Shown here: piece by piece, positions 1 to 10,065 of the stretch | Position numbering within the stretch: the stretch's first letter is position 1 | How the letters are laid out: the number at the start of each line of letters is the position of its first letter | Assembly: GCA_964291315.2 (NCBI GenBank) | Contig: OZ219752.1 | Coordinates: 1 to 64,000 of the forward strand | Direction: 5' to 3' | DNA length: 64,000 nucleotides | DNA from: Candidatus Poribacteria bacterium | GTDB taxonomy: Bacteria > Poribacteria > WGA-4E > WGA-3G | The notes under the pieces: model-generated | Seen by the model: the letters and a program-made list of their open reading frames with translations, nothing else | Database searches by the model: none | Told to the model about the DNA's origin: nothing | Translations under genes and position numbers: made by a program

Positions 1-2442
1 GACAATCCGCTCTCCGTAGTTTGGTGGGTCACACCGTGCAACCATCCATGCCTTTAACCGTTTCTCGCGTTTCGGCGGTGTAAACGGAATCATGTTCACG
101 AATTCTAAGGTATCCTCGCCCGGCAGTTTGAGCATAGCGTAGTACGGCATCATCTCCTGATCGGCTTCCGATGAGTAGTACGCCTCTTTCGGAATTAGCC
201 AGTGATCGCGTCGGTGGTAAAAATCGTCGGCACGCCTGTGATAGGCCCCATACATTTTGGCTTGAATCCGTGTGAGGTAGTCCGGATACCGGAGATGTGC
301 TTTCAACCCTTCGGGCATCTCCGATACGGATTTAAAGAGATCAGGGAACGCCTTCTGATAGGTACGCATCACAGCTTCATCTTTCTTGATGGCATAGAAA
401 CTAACAGCACCCGTGTAGGCGTTGACGACAGCGACTCCTGAGTTTCGGATGTAGTTAAACTTCTCGAAGTTAGGTTCCTCGTAGAGCTGGGTTTCTGCTA
501 ACCGCGCTGTGTCGTCAACATAGACTTGGGCGTTCGGATAGTAACGGCTCGTTACATAAAAGTCGATGATCCACCAGAGCTCACCGCCACTAATCACGAT
601 ATAAGGATCAGGATCATAGTTGAGGAAGGGAGCAATGTGTGCAACCCGATCCTTAATGAGTTGATCGCCGCGCCGAGTCCCGATTTTCCGGAGGAACATG
701 ACACGGCTTTCGGATGTCAACCGTTCGGAACGCAGGATCCGGAAGAAGTCGAACCGGAGGGCGAAACAAAGCCGTCGAAACCAACCTCCTAAGGGAACAC
801 CACCGTCCCCAGTATAGGCATGTCGTTCCCACGTTCCAGGGGTTTGCGGCAAGGCTACGGTACCTGAAGACTCATTAAGGTTGCGCTGTGTGTTGACAAT
901 CACATAGTTGTTCGTCATCTCTCCGTAATAAATCTGTGGACGTTGGACGCTGAGTTCTTTATATTTGCTTTGGATCGGGGTATCGCCGACCCAAAAGTTC
1001 GGAAACCCATCCTCGATAAACTCGTTTACCGGGGATACACAGACTCCGTAACCATGTGTGTATTGTAACTTCAAGGGTTCCCACCCGACGATATCTTCTT
1101 CTGGGCTCACTTCGCGCGCGGCGATTAGGACCTGCCGATACTCGTCTCCAACGCGATACCTATCAACATCTGTATACGGATGGAAATCGTAGTGCGTCTG
1201 AATCTGTGCCTCGCGGAGTGCTTCGTAAAGCACACGCCGATCCCAGATTTGAATGTTCTTTTTAATCTCTTCGTTTTCTTTGATCATGTCCAATGTAGCA
1301 AGCCCTTTCCCGCGCTTTTCTGTCAGAATCGTATCGAGTTCAAAGGCAAGACGTGTCTCCTCAATGTGTCGATGCAGATACGGTTCTTCTTTATCCAACA
1401 CGTTGATGCGGGCCTCCCAGAGGTGGAGTGCCAATGGATATACATGGATGAGGAATAGATAACTCAAGCCCCATACCCCGAGCGTTGCATACCATAGAAA
1501 CCGTTTCCGCCAAAACACGTTGAAGACGATCGCCGCGGCAATACTGATTAATACACCGCAATAGATATATGTCGCACCTTCGAGGTGGAAATCAACATAG
1601 AACAAGCCGTGGAGAGACGAAAGTTCTTGGGTCAACGGACGGGTGTAAACCTTGTTCCAGAGGTTGACATAGCTCCGCCACCCACCGACGAAAAGGAGGA
1701 GCAACCACAGCGCCGATCCATGGAAGATGATGTGTCGCTTCACACGCTGCATAGTGTGAGCATCTCGACGATAGTAAAAGTTATAGAGGAGTCCAACGAC
1801 TATGCACGTCACCCAAAGTGTTGCCTGCACCCAGAGGCTAACCCATCGGTGGAGTGGGAAACTGAAGAGATAGAAGTTTCGATCTTTGCCGAAATGATTA
1901 TCAGATGTTGGTTGCTGACTGCTGACTGCTGACTGCTGACTGCTGACTGCCGTTGGCTGATTCCGATACCTTAAATATATATCGTCCAATAGCAACATCG
2001 GTGTTGCAAGGAGGAGTGCTGCAATGAAGGTCAGACAGAACACTGCACGATGGAAAGAGAATGTCCGCATGTGTGTCCAACGACGAAACTCACGGGACTC
2101 TGGGCAGAGGACATTCGCCACAGCAGCATTGGCATTCATGAATCCAAGGGCAACAAGAAAGCAGACCCCGAAGATGCCCCACCGGATCTGTTGTAATCCC
2201 CAGAAAACATCAAGGTGTCCGAGACTCTCGAACCAGAGGTGTTCTGTGTAGAGGTACGCCAGCGGCATGAAGCTGCTCACTGCGATGAGTAAGGTGAGGA
2301 GCCAAAGCAGATATGCATGAATCTTGAACGCACCTCTCCGGCGCTGCTGACTCCGTCTGTACCGAAAAATGCCCCAGATTAAGGTAACCGTTCCGAGAAG
2401 CGCACTTAGAAGTAAGTACGCAATAGCGAGATTCGCTGTCAT
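1..2442 (-). CDS. UPF0182 family membrane protein (partial, runs off the left edge)
   Basis: Not in the ORF track. Manual minus-strand translation from ATG 2442 (GGAGG RBS upstream) gives MTANLAIAYLLLS..., YTEHLWFESLG..VFW, FGKDRNFYLFSFPL and KLQYTHGYGVCVSPVNE, all matching UPF0182 motifs. Confidence 0.85.
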   Translation of the reverse strand, partial: MTANLAIAYLLLSALLGTVTLIWGIFRYRRSQQRRRGAFKIHAYLLWLLTLLIAVSSFMPLAYLYTEHLWFESLGHLDVFWGLQQIRWGIFGVCFLVALGFMNANAAVANVLCPESREFRRWTHMRTFSFHRAVFCLTFIAALLLATPMLLLDDIYLRYRNQPTAVSSQQSAVSSQQPTSDNHFGKDRNFYLFSFPLHRWVSLWVQATLWVTCIVVGLLYNFYYRRDAHTMQRVKRHIIFHGSALWLLLLFVGGWRSYVNLWNKVYTRPLTQELSSLHGLFYVDFHLEGATYIYCGVLISIAAAIVFNVFWRKRFLWYATLGVWGLSYLFLIHVYPLALHLWEARINVLDKEEPYLHRHIEETRLAFELDTILTEKRGKGLATLDMIKENEEIKKNIQIWDRRVLYEALREAQIQTHYDFHPYTDVDRYRVGDEYRQVLIAAREVSPEEDIVGWEPLKLQYTHGYGVCVSPVNEFIEDGFPNFWVGDTPIQSKYKELSVQRPQIYYGEMTNNYVIVNTQRNLNESSGTVALPQTPGTWERHAYTGDGGVPLGGWFRRLCFALRFDFFRILRSERLTSESRVMFLRKIGTRRGDQLIKDRVAHIAPFLNYDPDPYIVISGGELWWIIDFYVTSRYYPNAQVYVDDTARLAETQLYEEPNFEKFNYIRNSGVAVVNAYTGAVSFYAIKKDEAVMRTYQKAFPDLFKSVSEMPEGLKAHLRYPDYLTRIQAKMYGAYHRRADDFYHRRDHWLIPKEAYYSSEADQEMMPYYAMLKLPGEDTLEFVNMIPFTPPKREKRLKAWMVARCDPPNYGERIV
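1914..1950. repeat. Heptamer tandem repeat (GCTGACT)x5 inside the UPF0182 gene
   Basis: Five exact copies at 1914-1948 plus GC; encodes AVSSQQSAVSSQQ in frame. Confidence 0.95.
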
Positions 2443-2668
2443 AGTTGTAAAGGCCTCCTGTGGGTCGTTTTTATCCAATCCCCCGCTACAAACCCGCGTT
2501 CCTCTGTGTCGGAGCTGTAGTGGCAGTTAATGATTTGTGTCAAGAATAAATTTGACAAACGCGAATGTATGATATATTTATCTCGTTGGCAAACATAATT
2601 AGTACTGTCTCCAGACAATATCTCTGCCACCCGCTCTTACGGTTTAAAGCGAGAAACGAGAAGCACCA

Positions 2669-3585
2669 TTGTATAGAACACTCCACAAACTATTTCGTGC
2701 GAAACGCAATCACAATTTGAAGCCATTGACGCGGATAGTACACGATATTTGGAACTACTTATTAGGCAGAAACGATCCGCGCATTCGATCGGCTTTCCGT
2801 ATATGTTTTATAATGACATGTCTCGTGAGTTCACGATATTGCGTAAATTGCCCTCTGAAGTGTTTGCACATTGGCATGAGTTGCACTCCTGGGCACACAC
2901 AATCTCCTCAAAAGGTTGCATTAAGGATATAAAAGTTTCTTCGCTGCTCTTGCTAAGCGGCCGCATCAATTCCGTTCCTAGTGAAAACCTTACTAGTTCA
3001 CCCTGTCCGCTATAGCTACAGCTTCTATGGTGATAAAGTTCGGATACACGATAAACGCTATCGCTTTAACCGAAGCCGACCTGTACTGGATCATATCAAA
3101 ATCATCATACTAAAGAAAGATGGTCTCGGAGGTCTCTATATGTTCGTTGTGATAGACTACATCGTTTCCGAAATGCTGTCTAAGATGGGCAAGCTGCTTC
3201 CGATTCGCCCTGTTCCGTTTTTGACTTCAGTATCAGAACAATGTTCACTTGTTCACACCGGAGACTATACATGTCTCCGGAATTCTATAAAACCTCTCTG
3301 AATGATCTTTCAGGGACACAACGCGAACATCCACGGAAAATCAAAGGAAGCAATAATCGGGAACGCACATGGAAAGATGTTGCCCGTGTTCCTCGTAAGA
3401 GACGTAAACGCTGCGATAAATATAATAAAGGTTGGAACATCCACCTTCGTCTTAGCTGGTATCAGACTTGCGATTGTGATCGACCCTTGCAGACTTCAAC
3501 CGATATCGGAATGCCACAATCCGCACCAAAAAGCGAGTATTCACTTTCAAAGATCCCCTGCGCTTTAGATAGCAGAGTCTATCAA
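2669..3585 (+). pseudogene. tnpB: Degraded IS200/IS605-family tnpB remnant with right-end-like sequence
   Basis: Fragments in different frames: HKLFRAKRNHNL..IWN, GDKVRIHDKRYRFNRSR..IKIIILKKDGLGGLY, and the C-terminal RDVNAAINI motif. Followed by GATCCCCTGCGCTTTAG...GAGTCTATCAA, resembling an IS605 right end. Multiple frameshifts; the central RuvC part appears deleted. Confidence 0.65.
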
Positions 3586-3719
3586 ATTATAGCATAAGTC
3601 GAGATAAGATGACTATAGGTTGTTGAATATTAGCACAGTTAAGGAGATGACGGTCAAAAAGGGTATTCCCTATTCTTTGGGTGAAAAGTATTTGACAACA
3701 GTTTAAGGTATAATGAAAC

Positions 3720-3950
3720 TTGCTAGCCTTCAGACATCAGGACGATGTCGGTACGCCCGGCTATCGCGCCGGAAGATCGCTACCTGTCTCGCTCTCGAGT
3801 TTTCGACCCGTTTGCCACGTCTTAAACGGACGTGTGGAGACTACTTGGATAACACAATTTGAGCTCGACAACGCAGGTTTCAATATCCTGCGCGGTGAGT
3901 GCAAGCGCACAATACACTCTTTTTTTGAAGAGAAGTGCCGTGGTTTGTAA
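3720..3950 (+). pseudogene. Relic fragment of a secreted Ig-like-domain protein
   Basis: DDVGTPGYRAGRSLPVSLSSFRPV...TWITQFELDNAGFNILR resembles the LPVxLxSF...W.T.SE.NNAGFNILR module of large secreted proteins; only about 60 codons, no signal peptide. Confidence 0.5.
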
Positions 3951-4103
3951 CTAAAAACACAAGTTGTCTATAGACAATGCGCATGATTTGTTTTGCTTTT
4001 CCGGCGTATAGCTGCTAAAATATATGAGGTATGCTTGCAAAATGTGCCTTGAAGGCAACAAAAAAAACGAAAATCTTTTGGAAAAGGTTAACTGTAATTT
4101 TCT

Positions 4104-5342
4104 ATGAATACCCTTCCTTTACGCGGACATTCTTTGAGTGCGATCGGTAAGTTCCTAAAACTTACTATTAGTGGTTTTGCTCCGTTTCTGCTAATCATAC
4201 AAATCGGTTTCCCTGTATCGATTTTGGCAGGAGAACCTCCAGCGGAAAATCCTACTATCAACACAGAAACGACACCGGAAGATCAAAACCCTTCCGAGCA
4301 AGTTTCTACATACAGACTGCAAATCGGTGACAGTTTTGTCGTTACCGTCGATGGTTACCCGGAATATAGTAAAGACAGAATTCCAGTACCAATTCAACAA
4401 GATGGTTATGTATCCTATCCACTCATTGGGCTGATCAAGGCGACCGGTCTCACCGTCCCAGAACTTCAAGCACAGATGCAGGCTGCTTTTTCAGCACAGC
4501 TTCCAACGGCGCGCGTGTTTGTGACACTTATGCAGCCGAAGCGTACGATTCTCGTTTTTGGGGCAGTTACGTCGCGCGGGCGGGGCAATCTGCATATTTT
4601 TGAAGTCGGACAGGTTTATCTTCTCCAAGCATTGGCATCAGCAGACATCATCTATGAAACCGCTGACCTCAGCAACATTTACATCTGGCGTGGTGGGAAA
4701 CTGTACAGAAAAGTTAATTATCTACAACTGCTCGACGATGGTGGTCCCGATGTTCCTTTAGAAGACCATGATATTATTTTTGTTCCGTCTATCTATCAAC
4801 AGCGCGCTGTACGCGCCATAGGGGCCGTAGCTTCCCCGGGCGTCTATCGTATAACAACCCCGGAAATACCCGCGATTCAGGTGTTGAAACTTGCTGGTGG
4901 TTCGAGATCAAATTTCGCAGACCTGCACAACGCAGAAGTTATCACTAGTGAAAAACGCACTTTAGTAGATCTATCCGCAGAAAATGCAAATGTTATGATG
5001 GCCCCGGGTGACACGTTGTACATCCCTCTCGCTGAGGCAAAAATAAGCGTGACGGGAGCAGTAGAGAAGCCGGGGCAATACGTGATTACTGAGCCGGTGC
5101 CTCTAAGAGAGGCTATCGTCATGGCAGGAGGATTTGATGAGAACAGAGCAAACCCTAAAAAATGTATCTTAACGCGAGCAGACGGGACAGAACAGGAAAT
5201 AAACTTCGATCTTGTGCAGGCGGATATTTATCTACATCCGAAAGATCAACTCCGAATTCGTGAACGGATACGTTTAGATTGGCGAATTATTACATCTGCT
5301 ATATCGTTTGTGAATCTGCTTTTCAATATCTTAGGGAGATAA
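4104..5342 (+). CDS. wza: Polysaccharide biosynthesis/export protein (Wza-like, Poly_export plus SLBB repeats)
   Basis: YRLQIGD..., DGYVSYPLIG..KATGLTV, repeated V.GAV.KPG.Y and A...AGG SLBB motifs; adjacent to wzc. Confidence 0.8.
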   Translation: MNTLPLRGHSLSAIGKFLKLTISGFAPFLLIIQIGFPVSILAGEPPAENPTINTETTPEDQNPSEQVSTYRLQIGDSFVVTVDGYPEYSKDRIPVPIQQDGYVSYPLIGLIKATGLTVPELQAQMQAAFSAQLPTARVFVTLMQPKRTILVFGAVTSRGRGNLHIFEVGQVYLLQALASADIIYETADLSNIYIWRGGKLYRKVNYLQLLDDGGPDVPLEDHDIIFVPSIYQQRAVRAIGAVASPGVYRITTPEIPAIQVLKLAGGSRSNFADLHNAEVITSEKRTLVDLSAENANVMMAPGDTLYIPLAEAKISVTGAVEKPGQYVITEPVPLREAIVMAGGFDENRANPKKCILTRADGTEQEINFDLVQADIYLHPKDQLRIRERIRLDWRIITSAISFVNLLFNILGR

Positions 5343-5362
5343 ATTAGAGGTTAAAGTAAGAT

Positions 5363-7717
5363 ATGCGCGAAACAACCGATAGATACTTTGAAGAAATTAG
5401 GGAAATTCGACTATCAGATTATTTTTGGATCCTCTTTCGGAACAAGTGGAGTATTCTTTTCATTTTCGTGTTTTCCGTTTTTGGCGCGTTTCTTGTGACT
5501 GATTTCACGGCGCCTGTTTATCAATCAGAAACAGTGCTGCGTATGGTAGACAAACAGCCAGCTTCTACACTGCTTTCGCAGCTACCGTTATCAGGATTAT
5601 TGAACGGGACTTCTTTAGGCGCCTACACTGCCCAATTACAGTCGCGGGACCTTGTCGTCGCGCCGGCAGTACAGCAACTCAAAGAAGAGGGACTGCTTGA
5701 ACCGTTACCTGTCTATCGAGCGCGCTCTGTAGAATGGCTTGCTAGCTTGCTAAATATTGAACTCGATCCAAATGCCACAGAACAAGGGGATCTTACGCCT
5801 ACTGAGTGGGAAGATTTCTTTATCAAGACCCTCATTGAAGAACAATTAAAGGTGGAAGAAGTACTCGATAGGAATGTGATCACTGTGACCGTGAAACAGC
5901 GGACCCCGGAACGCGCACAAAACTTGGTCAACAAGATCGCTGAGGTATTTCAGGCAGCCGTCGAAGCAGAAACCGCCGAAGAAATGGGTTGGTGGCAAAA
6001 ACCTTTCTCGCAAGAGCTCCTAAATCAGACCAAGGAAAACCTTACGAGAGCTGAGAACGAACTGTTTACCTTTCAGCAAGAACACCCAGAGATTACCTTA
6101 AACGCGGAAGGAGGCACACAAGCACAAATCATTTTGGCACTCCAAGTTAGGGAACACGAATTGATTAGCCTCCTAGCAAGTGCCGAATTGAAACTTGCTA
6201 CTTATCAAAAGGAACTGGAAAAGTTATCAGAAAATACTATCTCAGAAACAGTCGGACAGAACCCGTCACATGCTAAGCTGCGGGATAGTTTGAACCAGTA
6301 TGAAATTGACCGTGCTGCGCTTCTAGGGAAATATGATGAAACACACCCTGAGGTCACTTCTGTAGATGAACAAATTAGAGAAACAAAGACACGCCTCGAT
6401 AAAGAAGAAAAAAAAATAACAAGTACAACATCCTCCTACAATCCGCTCTACCAAGTTATCTCAGAAAAGGTAAACGAAACACAAGCAAACTCTACTAGTC
6501 TCAGACAACAGAAAGAAGAAGTTACCGCCCAAATAGCAGCACACTTCACCCAACTCCGAGAATGGTCGCCCGACCAACTGAAATTCTACCGGCTCAAACG
6601 AGATATTGAAATCTACAATGCACAAGTCGTAGCTTTAGAAACGCGGATGCGGGAATCCGAGATTTTCTCTCAATCACGAACAGAAAACATTAAGGTATTA
6701 GACGCAGCACGTGCACCAGAAGAACCCCTGAAACCGCGGTTAAAACTTAACCTCGCTTTAGGGGCATTTGTCGGAATGCTACTAGGCGTAACATTCGCTG
6801 TCGCCAAAAATTACTTCAAAGATACATATCTGCGATTAGAGGAGGCTGTGCGGCAACTAGATGCGATGCCTGAATCTCCAAGTTTTCTCGGTATTTTGCC
6901 TTCCATAAAAAAACGCAGAACTTACCGACTCCCACTTATTGTTCACGATGCACCTGAATCAGGATCAGCAGAAGCATTCCGGGTTCTACAAGCAAAATTG
7001 CCATTTTTGAACCCGGGGACACCTTTGCAAACAATCCTCGTCACGAGCGCGATGCGCGGCGAAGGCAAAAGCACTACTGCCTCTAATCTCGCTGTTGCAC
7101 TCGCACAAAGAGGAAATAAGGTCCTATTAATAGATGCGGATATGCGCAGGCCCACCCAACACAATATCTTTTCAACTGATGAACCTCTCGAATCTGAGCA
7201 TACGGGCAACCTGCCTCGTTCTGAATCCACTGCGCTGAGCGTCGATAGTCGTAAGCCGGGATTGAGCGAAGCTCTCATCCACTTGAACTCCGAAAACGCA
7301 GAAGACATACTGCACACAACGATTAAACCGACGGGTATTCCTAATTTGCATTTGGTACCGAGTGGAACCGTTCCACCTAACCCAATCGAACTTCTCAACT
7401 CAGAAATGATGACACATTGGTTGGAACTTTCAAAATCAGAATATGATGTGATAGTCATCGATTCGCCGCCAATCCGCGCTGTGGCGGATCCCATGATTCT
7501 GGCAAACATGGTTGATGTTATTGTTTATGTCTTTGACATCACGAAAACTCGACGGGCTGACATTCTCACCGGTATACGTGATCTAACGGAAGCATTTCCA
7601 ACGAAAGGAATCGGTGTGCTTTGCAATATGATTGATCCAAAACAGGCTAAATCCTACGGTTACTACAGTCGTCACCCTAACTGTGACGAACTCGTCAATG
7701 ATAGTGAGGAAGCCTAA
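5363..7717 (+). CDS. wzc: Polysaccharide co-polymerase / tyrosine autokinase (Wzc/GumC)
   Basis: N-terminal TM, coiled coil, second TM, AEAFR, Walker A GEGKST, IDADMRRP, VIDSPP, C-terminal SYGYY tyrosine cluster. Confidence 0.9.
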   Translation: MRETTDRYFEEIREIRLSDYFWILFRNKWSILFIFVFSVFGAFLVTDFTAPVYQSETVLRMVDKQPASTLLSQLPLSGLLNGTSLGAYTAQLQSRDLVVAPAVQQLKEEGLLEPLPVYRARSVEWLASLLNIELDPNATEQGDLTPTEWEDFFIKTLIEEQLKVEEVLDRNVITVTVKQRTPERAQNLVNKIAEVFQAAVEAETAEEMGWWQKPFSQELLNQTKENLTRAENELFTFQQEHPEITLNAEGGTQAQIILALQVREHELISLLASAELKLATYQKELEKLSENTISETVGQNPSHAKLRDSLNQYEIDRAALLGKYDETHPEVTSVDEQIRETKTRLDKEEKKITSTTSSYNPLYQVISEKVNETQANSTSLRQQKEEVTAQIAAHFTQLREWSPDQLKFYRLKRDIEIYNAQVVALETRMRESEIFSQSRTENIKVLDAARAPEEPLKPRLKLNLALGAFVGMLLGVTFAVAKNYFKDTYLRLEEAVRQLDAMPESPSFLGILPSIKKRRTYRLPLIVHDAPESGSAEAFRVLQAKLPFLNPGTPLQTILVTSAMRGEGKSTTASNLAVALAQRGNKVLLIDADMRRPTQHNIFSTDEPLESEHTGNLPRSESTALSVDSRKPGLSEALIHLNSENAEDILHTTIKPTGIPNLHLVPSGTVPPNPIELLNSEMMTHWLELSKSEYDVIVIDSPPIRAVADPMILANMVDVIVYVFDITKTRRADILTGIRDLTEAFPTKGIGVLCNMIDPKQAKSYGYYSRHPNCDELVNDSEEA

Positions 7718-7742
7718 CTTCTCGTAAGATGAAGCAAGAAGG

Positions 7743-8585
7743 TTATGCCCCGGGTTTTCCTAAGCTTGCAGGTGGACGTGATTTTCCGACAAATCCAGCG
7801 AGGACAATCATTGTTAAGATATAGGGCAAGCTATGGAGTAGCTGCACTGGTACATTCCATCGGTTTACGAACTCTAAAGCAGTTGTGAACCCAAAGAGGC
7901 AGCACGCTGCGATCCCGCTCAAAGGCCTCCAATTTCCGAAGATGACCGCTGCGATCGCGAGATAACCGCGCCCTGCAGTCATACCTTTGGTGAAATAGTG
8001 GACTTCTGATGCCAGAAAACAACCTCCAATCGCTGCTAAGATACCACTTATCAGAACGCCTAAGTATTGCCATTTTGCGCGGCTGAGACTCATCGATGCA
8101 AGTGCCGCAGTTGATTCACCTGCAGCCCGCAGCCGAAGCCCCCACGGTGTTTTAAAGAGGAAAATATGACTCACTACAGTCAGTACAGGTAACAGATAAA
8201 CTAGAAAACTATAGGAACCGACAAGTGGGAATTCCCATTGTGGAAGTCCGCCTACCTGCTCAGGTATAGGTATAAGGAACTCCGTAATTCCTAATGCTAA
8301 AATGTTAATTGCTATTCCAGTGACGATTTGTTCTGCCCGAAAAGTAATAGTCGCAACGGCATGCAATAAGGCGAACCCAAACCCAAACGCCATGCCTACA
8401 AGCAGTCCAAGCCATGTTGAATCAGAAGCTTGGGTTCCCACAACGTAGCCAAATGCCCCGATGAGCATCATCCCTTCAAGGGCAAGGTTGATTACCCCGG
8501 CGCGTTCCGAGTAAATCCCGCCGAGCGTGGCAAACCCTAATGGCGTTGCCATTCGCAAAGTGCTTGGGATCAATTCAAAAATCAT
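7743..8585 (-). CDS. ABC transporter permease (BMP/nucleoside-sugar family)
   Basis: SERAGVINLALEGMML, TPWGLRLRAAGE, GRGYLAIAAVIFGNW; start at MIFEL overlaps the upstream stop. Confidence 0.9.
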   Translation of the reverse strand: MIFELIPSTLRMATPLGFATLGGIYSERAGVINLALEGMMLIGAFGYVVGTQASDSTWLGLLVGMAFGFGFALLHAVATITFRAEQIVTGIAINILALGITEFLIPIPEQVGGLPQWEFPLVGSYSFLVYLLPVLTVVSHIFLFKTPWGLRLRAAGESTAALASMSLSRAKWQYLGVLISGILAAIGGCFLASEVHYFTKGMTAGRGYLAIAAVIFGNWRPLSGIAACCLFGFTTALEFVNRWNVPVQLLHSLPYILTMIVLAGFVGKSRPPASLGKPGA

Positions 8586-9670
8586 TTTTTCTTCCACGCA
8601 ATTCTCTCTGTGCAAATCAACCAGATAATTAATAGGCCTTGTCCGGAAAGAAATAGGCCGCGCCGAATCTCTAACAAAATTTCGATATCTAAGGCGACCT
8701 TATTCAATAATCCGAAGAGCACAGCTGCCACCAAAATACCGGAAGGATTATTTCTCCCTAAAAGGGCAACGGCAATCCCGGTGAAACCCCACCCCGATGA
8801 GAAATTATCCAGAAACCGATAACGATATCCTAACACCTCAGCCACTCCGGCTAACCCTGCAACTGCTCCACTTAATGCCATTACCCACACTGTCACGGTT
8901 CGCGGATTTATTCCACCATAAACGGCAACATCCGGGGCGTTTCCAAACAATCGAAGTTCGTATCCCCAACGAGTGTATTTTAAGAAGACATAGCAGAACA
9001 GGACACATCCACAAGCAAATAAAAAACTCACATTTAGAGGATTGCTGCTCGGCAGAATAGGGAACAGAGATGCTAATCGTGGAAGCCGCGCTGCTTCGTA
9101 AATCTCCGGAGTTTGGGGAATCATTTGTCCGGGTTCTTGGTACACAGCTGTAACAAGATAATTCATAAGGGCAAACGCGACGAAATTCATCATGATGGTA
9201 TTGATGACTTCATGCGCACCATATCTCGCTTTTAAGAGCCCCGGGACGGCACTCCATGCAGCACCAGCAACCATTGCACTTCCTATACAAAGAGGAATCA
9301 ACAAAAAAGCAGGAAGCGGCAGGTACATGCCTACCCAGGCGGAAGCAAACGCAGCAACGTAGAGCTGCCCCTCACAACCGATGTTAAACAATCCACTCTT
9401 ATAGGCAATAGCCACAGCGAGTCCTGTAAAGACAAGCGGGGTTGCGTTGAACAGCACATAACCAAAATCGTCAAGGCTTGAAAAAGCACTGACAAAGATG
9501 ATGCTGTAGAACTCAAAGGGATCCTTTCCGCGTATCTGGAGTACAAGCCCACACAAAAGAAAAAAAACAGAGAAAGCGAGAAGAGGAGGCATGCAGTAAT
9601 TAACAAACAGATTCTTGATTTGAGCCGTTCTATCCTGTAGCAGGGAAGCGAATGCTTTTGGGATATTCAA
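8582..9670 (-). CDS. ABC transporter permease (BMP/nucleoside-sugar family)
   Basis: ATPLVFTGLAVA..GLFNIGCEGQ, HEVINTIMMNF, GFTGIAVALLGRNNP. Confidence 0.9.
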   Translation of the reverse strand: MNIPKAFASLLQDRTAQIKNLFVNYCMPPLLAFSVFFLLCGLVLQIRGKDPFEFYSIIFVSAFSSLDDFGYVLFNATPLVFTGLAVAIAYKSGLFNIGCEGQLYVAAFASAWVGMYLPLPAFLLIPLCIGSAMVAGAAWSAVPGLLKARYGAHEVINTIMMNFVAFALMNYLVTAVYQEPGQMIPQTPEIYEAARLPRLASLFPILPSSNPLNVSFLFACGCVLFCYVFLKYTRWGYELRLFGNAPDVAVYGGINPRTVTVWVMALSGAVAGLAGVAEVLGYRYRFLDNFSSGWGFTGIAVALLGRNNPSGILVAAVLFGLLNKVALDIEILLEIRRGLFLSGQGLLIIWLICTERIAWKKK

Positions 9671-9693
9671 GATTTTTCAATTCTCTGTGAAAC

Positions 9694-10007
9694 TTAGGTT
9701 TCTCTGGGTTGTCTGCAAGCAGGCAGCACTTGGCGATCGCTCCTACTTCTACAATAAGGAGTCGGAATTCACGGTTTCCACCTTATTGAAATTTGACAAA
9801 AATCTTCAAGACATGTTATTATGCCTAATGTTGGATCTATCCACAATACAACTCTTAAGTATAACATAGGCGCCAGATTAAAAACACTTTACGATTCGAG
9901 AAATTTAAGTTTATTCAGCTTTAGGTTTCTCTGGGTTGTCTGCAAGCAGGCAGCACTTGGCGATCGCTCCTACTTCTACAATAAGGAGTCGGAATTCACA
10001 GTTTCCA
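9694..10007. repeat. 87-bp direct repeat pair (9694-9780 and 9921-10007) in a divergent intergenic region
   Basis: TTAGGTTTCTCTGGG...GGAATTCAC(G/A)GTTTCCA, one mismatch. Confidence 0.95.
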
Positions 10008-10065
10008 TTTTACAGAAGAACTGTATGAAACCGTAAAAAAAGATACCGGAGGAGACTCCATAGAG

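Noticed and set aside
202-2251. Plus-strand ORFs in the track
   Set aside because: They are shadows of the minus-strand UPF0182 gene.
3692-3714. TTGACA...TATAAT as a promoter
   Set aside because: The spacer is only 11 bp.
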